A stretch of 59,491 bases of DNA, taken from the IMG/VR virus record IMGVR_UViG_3300049045_000044, positions 1-59,491 of that record; one strand, given 5' to 3'. Position 1 is the stretch's first letter, and every line of letters starts with the position of its first letter. Of this stretch, positions 55,367 to 59,491 are shown in pieces. This stretch comes from a virus. Lineage: Duplodnaviria; Caudoviricetes. The notes beneath the pieces were generated by a model. It was not told where the DNA came from. It made no database searches and saw only the letters and a program-made list of their open reading frames with translations. The translations under genes were made by a program, and so were the position numbers.

Positions 55367-57703
55367 CTAGAGGCACGATATAACCTCTCTGGTATTGTTT
55401 CCTTGTTGCCCATAGGGGATAACCTCGGTAGCCCATGACCTACGGCCGTCCTTTGGTTTCCACTGAACTAGCCCCCTGTGACGGCCATACCAGTAACGCT
55501 CCTCGACAACGCCGTTTAGAATCCAGTGAAGTTCTATAACGTCCTGAATGGTGACGCCGCCCTCAATTGGCAGAGAGCTGTGTTTGGCTACCAGCTTTAT
55601 TTGACTGGTAGATGTATAGGGATTGCCAACATTCTGACAGTCGTCTTTTCGCCTTACTTGTACTGTTTCCGTTCTGGTAAAGGATTGACCAACTGACATT
55701 TGCTTTGGAATCCAGGGGCCGGAGACAGTGTACATCTCACCATTACCTCTTGAGGTGTCTAGTACTAGGTCAATCGTGCTTGTGCGAATGATTCTCTGTT
55801 CAAAAGAGGCGTTTTTAGTGACATATAAATTGCTACCAGACTGCTGTAACTGTTGGCGTTCATCACCTTCTCCCCAGTTGTTTTTCAAGATGATAATATC
55901 CCCGTATTGCCCATTAGCGGGGGAGAAGTAGGGGAGTAGGTCTGTTACCCCCGGCTGTGGCGAAGTTGGTTGCAACGATACGGCCGGAAGTAAATACAGG
56001 GTCGGATCGGTGACATTATCTATAACGTATCCATCAATGCCACTCGGATTGTCAACTAGGGTAAAATGATAATGCGCTCCTGAACTTCCGCCCGAATTGC
56101 CAGACAGAGCGATTTGTTGCCCGGCCGCTACCGTCTGTCCTACCGATACGTCAACACGGCTCAAGTGTCCGTGCCAGGTGGTATAACGGCCGCTATGCTT
56201 GATTCTTACTGCCTTGCCGTAACCAAAGCCGGGATCAACTAATCGCACAAAATCAACTACGCCGGCCGCTCCTGCAAAAATGGGCGTACCAATTGGAGCG
56301 GCAAAATCGAGTCCTTCGTGAAGTTGCCTCTTTGTGGGTGCAAATGGATAGGAGCGCGGTGCATTAAACGGCGAAGTCACAGATAGCACGCCGGGCAGTA
56401 GGTTGCCAAAGCGAATCTCAGGCTTTGTGTCAATTGCCAACGGTCGCCAAACGTATAGCGCAACGGCCGCCCATTGCCCGCTGTTATAGAAGTCGGGCAC
56501 GTTGCCCAGGTGTTCAAATTCACGGCCGGTCGGTAGCAACACCAAAGGCCAGTTACCGGCCGTCGTTGGCGCAACTCGCAAGTTGACGCTCCGATTCGTG
56601 ATAACCTTGCCACCCGGCTTATCGGTAACGTAGGGACGGGAAACGAAGGCAACGGCCTTGACCCATGCAGAATTGCCGCTGACGGGTTGCCCGGTAACGT
56701 CACCTATCTTTACCAGTTCCAAGCCCTCCTTGACGGCCGTAGGGGTTATAGCGGGCTTGTTTATGGACGGGTCGGTGCGTATATTGGCCGGTTGGGTTAG
56801 GCGTATGTGTAGATAGTCAGTAGACGGCAGCGGGGTAGGGGGAATGATTGGTGGGATGGGTTGTCCCGGCCACGTCCAGGCGGGCGTAGGGTTATCAATG
56901 AGGTATTGGGTCATGGCCGGCAGTGCATCTTGCCAATTGGCCTCAGACCAGTTACCGAGCGTCCAGGCACAGCACCCGATAAATTCTGAATACGGCCGTA
57001 ACAACCTCTCATAGCCCTGTAGCTGCGTAGTGAATCGCTCAATACCAGCAAAACCAAATCCACCGTCTAGTCCGCACTCAGTAATAGCAATACCCCCGGC
57101 CGCTCCTGCCTGACGCAGGTAGCCAACCTCTTCAAACGGCCGGGACGGATTGCCGATAATCACACTACCATTGGGATGAACTAAGTCACCATCACCATAG
57201 GCGTGACGGCCGTAGATGTTACGCCCCTGCCATGCTTCAATAATGAAGGGCAAGCAGACGCGCCGCCATATCTCAATATCGCCAGGAGAACCACCGGCCA
57301 AGTTTAAGACGCACAGCTTGAAGCTATCGGCATTAGCCAGACGCATTATTTCCCGTTCAAAGGTGACAAGGTGAATTAGGTTAGCCTCTACGTCCGACCC
57401 CTTCCCCCCTCCTTGCTCATTGGTACACTGGTAATAATCCGCCCTGTTAAGCAACCACTTCTGCTTGAGTGCGGGATACCATTGGCGGGCAAGTGCGGCC
57501 GGATCGGGATGATTAGTATAGCCCGGTGGGGCTTCGCCATAAACGCTGTCAGCACGAAAGATGGTTACGGTATAGCCCCCACTCTTTTGCTCTGTTTCTA
57601 GCGGGTCTTGGTCAACTAGTAGACAGACGGCCGGTTTTGCCTCGCAGAACGGCCCGTATCCGTTTCGTGGCCCTTGTAAAACGTGTGCGCCAAACTTTGC
57701 CAT
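55367..57703 (-). CDS. Multidomain endolysin: GH-like N-terminal barrel, SH3-like repeats, M23 peptidase, C-terminal beta domain
   Basis: HEGLD, HGHLS, HYHF (M23); NIRTDP and NLRVAP (SH3b-like); TNEQ, GRHAY, ITECG. Confidence 0.85.
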   Translation of the reverse strand: MAKFGAHVLQGPRNGYGPFCEAKPAVCLLVDQDPLETEQKSGGYTVTIFRADSVYGEAPPGYTNHPDPAALARQWYPALKQKWLLNRADYYQCTNEQGGGKGSDVEANLIHLVTFEREIMRLANADSFKLCVLNLAGGSPGDIEIWRRVCLPFIIEAWQGRNIYGRHAYGDGDLVHPNGSVIIGNPSRPFEEVGYLRQAGAAGGIAITECGLDGGFGFAGIERFTTQLQGYERLLRPYSEFIGCCAWTLGNWSEANWQDALPAMTQYLIDNPTPAWTWPGQPIPPIIPPTPLPSTDYLHIRLTQPANIRTDPSINKPAITPTAVKEGLELVKIGDVTGQPVSGNSAWVKAVAFVSRPYVTDKPGGKVITNRSVNLRVAPTTAGNWPLVLLPTGREFEHLGNVPDFYNSGQWAAVALYVWRPLAIDTKPEIRFGNLLPGVLSVTSPFNAPRSYPFAPTKRQLHEGLDFAAPIGTPIFAGAAGVVDFVRLVDPGFGYGKAVRIKHSGRYTTWHGHLSRVDVSVGQTVAAGQQIALSGNSGGSSGAHYHFTLVDNPSGIDGYVIDNVTDPTLYLLPAVSLQPTSPQPGVTDLLPYFSPANGQYGDIIILKNNWGEGDERQQLQQSGSNLYVTKNASFEQRIIRTSTIDLVLDTSRGNGEMYTVSGPWIPKQMSVGQSFTRTETVQVRRKDDCQNVGNPYTSTSQIKLVAKHSSLPIEGGVTIQDVIELHWILNGVVEERYWYGRHRGLVQWKPKDGRRSWATEVIPYGQQGNNTREVISCL

Positions 57704-58551
57704 TATGGATTAAACCACCTTGTTGCCTGATTCGTTTCAAAGAAATTTAGCAACATCCTGCCTAGCTTAAGTTTGCCTGATTCTGAGGGATGGACGCGAT
57801 CCTTCTCCACATAATCCTCGCACTTCCAGATAAGTCCATCTGACGGCCGGGGTATCAATCCATCGGCCCAAAAATACGGCCCCCAGGCGATATAGGGCAA
57901 ACTTTCATCATTAACCCGATTGAGGATAAGTGATTGCACGCCATAGGCTTCTCCCCAGGCGTGAGGTTCACTGCTAGGCGCACCCGGTAGGGCATAGCCA
58001 AAATAGTTAGACGAGGATAGAAATATCTGCTTCGTGTTTGGAAAGCGGCGTAGGCTTTCATTCAGGATAATCTCTAGGTAGACTTCCAACTCATCAGCAT
58101 CGGCCGGGAATGGTTTTGTTTGCAACCTGACGACATTATAAATCCACAGCACCTGCACCTGCAACGGTGAGATATTGCGCTTTGCCAGCTTTTGCATCAC
58201 TCCACCCTCGCCATCCCAATAGAGAGCAGGGTCAGTAACGGCAATTCGACGGGCATCAAAGGTAGCTTTATTGAGATTGGCAAAGGTGAGCCGACGGCCG
58301 CGGCCGTAGACCTGACGATACAGGTAAATCATTTTGTCGAATATCTGAAATGAGTTACTCATACCCCCCACACCGGCTACAACAACCTTCCCGCCCCGTT
58401 CGGCCGGTGTTCCATCCATCAAGCGCGACACGACTTCACCGGCCGCCGCTATCCCTCGCGCCAGATGAGGCGGCAGGTTCTGGCCGTTGCCATACAGTCC
58501 CGGCCCGCTATCTAATGGGGGCATACCGATAGAGGTTTGTTCACAGGTCAT
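57703..58551 (-). CDS. Stand-alone SGNH-like hydrolase (paralogue of the N-terminal domain of 1508-4666)
   Basis: GGMSN, EPHAW, AWGPYFWADG, DRVHPS. Confidence 0.7.
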   Translation of the reverse strand: MTCEQTSIGMPPLDSGPGLYGNGQNLPPHLARGIAAAGEVVSRLMDGTPAERGGKVVVAGVGGMSNSFQIFDKMIYLYRQVYGRGRRLTFANLNKATFDARRIAVTDPALYWDGEGGVMQKLAKRNISPLQVQVLWIYNVVRLQTKPFPADADELEVYLEIILNESLRRFPNTKQIFLSSSNYFGYALPGAPSSEPHAWGEAYGVQSLILNRVNDESLPYIAWGPYFWADGLIPRPSDGLIWKCEDYVEKDRVHPSESGKLKLGRMLLNFFETNQATRWFNP

Positions 58552-58553
58552 GG

Positions 58554-58814
58554 CTATCCCTCAGCTACAATCTGAACGATGGGCTGAATTGCGCCATCAT
58601 TCCACGTAGTAATACCAACCCGCAAGCGGCAACGGTGTTTCGCCAAGATACTCGTTACCGCCTGATTGTACTCCTCAGTACAGTCAGCAACCCGCTTATC
58701 ACGCCGCTCGGCCGCCAGGGCGGCTATTTGTTCGTCGGTTAATGAGCCACCGCCGTTTACGGCCGCGTCTGCCCGGTCTTTCTCTCGGATTGTTTCAAGG
58801 GTCTGCTTATCCAT
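58554..58814 (-). CDS. Hypothetical protein
   Basis: GAGG RBS. Confidence 0.65.
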   Translation of the reverse strand: MDKQTLETIREKDRADAAVNGGGSLTDEQIAALAAERRDKRVADCTEEYNQAVTSILAKHRCRLRVGITTWNDGAIQPIVQIVAEG

Positions 58815-58821
58815 TTATACC

Positions 58822-59082
58822 TCAGAGCAGCTTTGCCAAGTTGGTTTTGTGACCGGTGTCCATGATTCGTAGCTTCAACTCGTCGGCCGTCGCAAAGATA
58901 ACGGAACCAACGTCGTCGGCTAGAATCCCTTCGTTCTCACCCACGCCATCATCCAGGGTGTTACCGTAGTCAAGGGCATTAAACTCATTCTGCATTGCCA
59001 GCAATGCGTTGATACCCTCAAAAATGTTGCGGGCGTGTCCTCGTGCAATCGTGATGTAATCCTGTTCTCTATTTGCAGCCAT
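58822..59082 (-). CDS. Hypothetical protein after tail fibre (chaperone candidate)
   Basis: AAGGAG RBS before ATG 59082. Confidence 0.65.
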   Translation of the reverse strand: MAANREQDYITIARGHARNIFEGINALLAMQNEFNALDYGNTLDDGVGENEGILADDVGSVIFATADELKLRIMDTGHKTNLAKLL

Positions 59083-59095
59083 GATACCTTGCTCC

Positions 59096-59491
59096 TTATG
59101 ACGTTGCATTAAAACCTAAATTCTCTATCACAACTAGTATAGCATTGATCGCCGTCCTTGCCTCTGCATCCTGAATAGCTCCGCCGGACGGGTCGGCAAT
59201 ATGGGCGGCTCTAACAACGGCCGCTGCTCCCAGAAAACCTATCATCGGGGCTGTACCGCTGGCCTCTATTCGCAGGGCCTCCCGTGCGGCCGTATCATAG
59301 ACATTGACGATTAAGCGGGCCTTCCGGCTGGCGTCTGTTGCCGTTGCAAAAGTCGGCACAATGGACGCCGCCTCCCGCGTCTGCACGCTCGACTCCTGCC
59401 AGGCCAGCAATGAGCCGGCCGTCTGTACGTGCCAACGATCCTTGAGGGCGTTTGCTGACGAGCCGGAACCGCCGGCCGGTGACGTTTGGAA
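59096..59491 (-). CDS. Tail fibre protein, C-terminal part (enters from window end)
   Basis: Frame open to 59491 (FQTSPAGGSGSSANAL...); ends IADPSGGAIQDAEARTAINAILVVIENLG, a fibre C-terminal motif. Confidence 0.8.
   Translation of the reverse strand, partial: FQTSPAGGSGSSANALKDRWHVQTAGSLLAWQESSVQTREAASIVPTFATATDASRKARLIVNVYDTAAREALRIEASGTAPMIGFLGAAAVVRAAHIADPSGGAIQDAEARTAINAILVVIENLGFNATS

Overview
The window is an essentially complete genome of a tailed dsDNA phage with a siphovirus-type HK97-like head and a long non-contractile tail. The tail-fibre gene runs off position 1 and resumes in frame at position 59491, so the genome looks circularly permuted. A minus-strand late operon (26.6 kb down to 1, continuing 59.5 kb down to 54.1 kb) carries DNA methylase, terminase, portal, MuF, protease, capsid, head-tail, tail, tape measure, distal-tail/baseplate, fibre and lysis genes. 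Early and middle regions are a plus-strand operon at 26.9-30.3 kb, a minus-strand replication/DNA-modification operon at 30.6-41.8 kb and a plus-strand recombination/regulation operon at 41.8-53.9 kb. I saw no integrase, DNA polymerase, tRNA or CRISPR array. The sequence is saturated with the palindrome CGGCCG (often ACGGCCGT). This, with several leaderless genes, suggests a Chloroflexota (Anaerolineae-like) host (inference). Most interesting observations: (1) two glycosyltransferases plus a radical SAM enzyme coupled into the capsid operon, a candidate virion glycosylation and tailoring system; (2) a Dam-like methylase broken by one TAA in a 9-nt loop between 12-bp inverted repeats, where inverting the loop restores the frame and the protein's own repeat motif, a candidate micro-inversion ON/OFF switch; (3) three sequence-unrelated leader RNAs sharing an A-B-A'-B' attenuator architecture upstream of nuclease or methylase genes; (4) repeated H-type pseudoknot-like elements between early genes; (5) a dual-coding C5 methylase of the EcoHK31I alpha/beta type; (6) three copies of a 12-bp palindrome near 51.4-51.8 kb. 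All family calls come from motif recognition by eye; no database searches were run.
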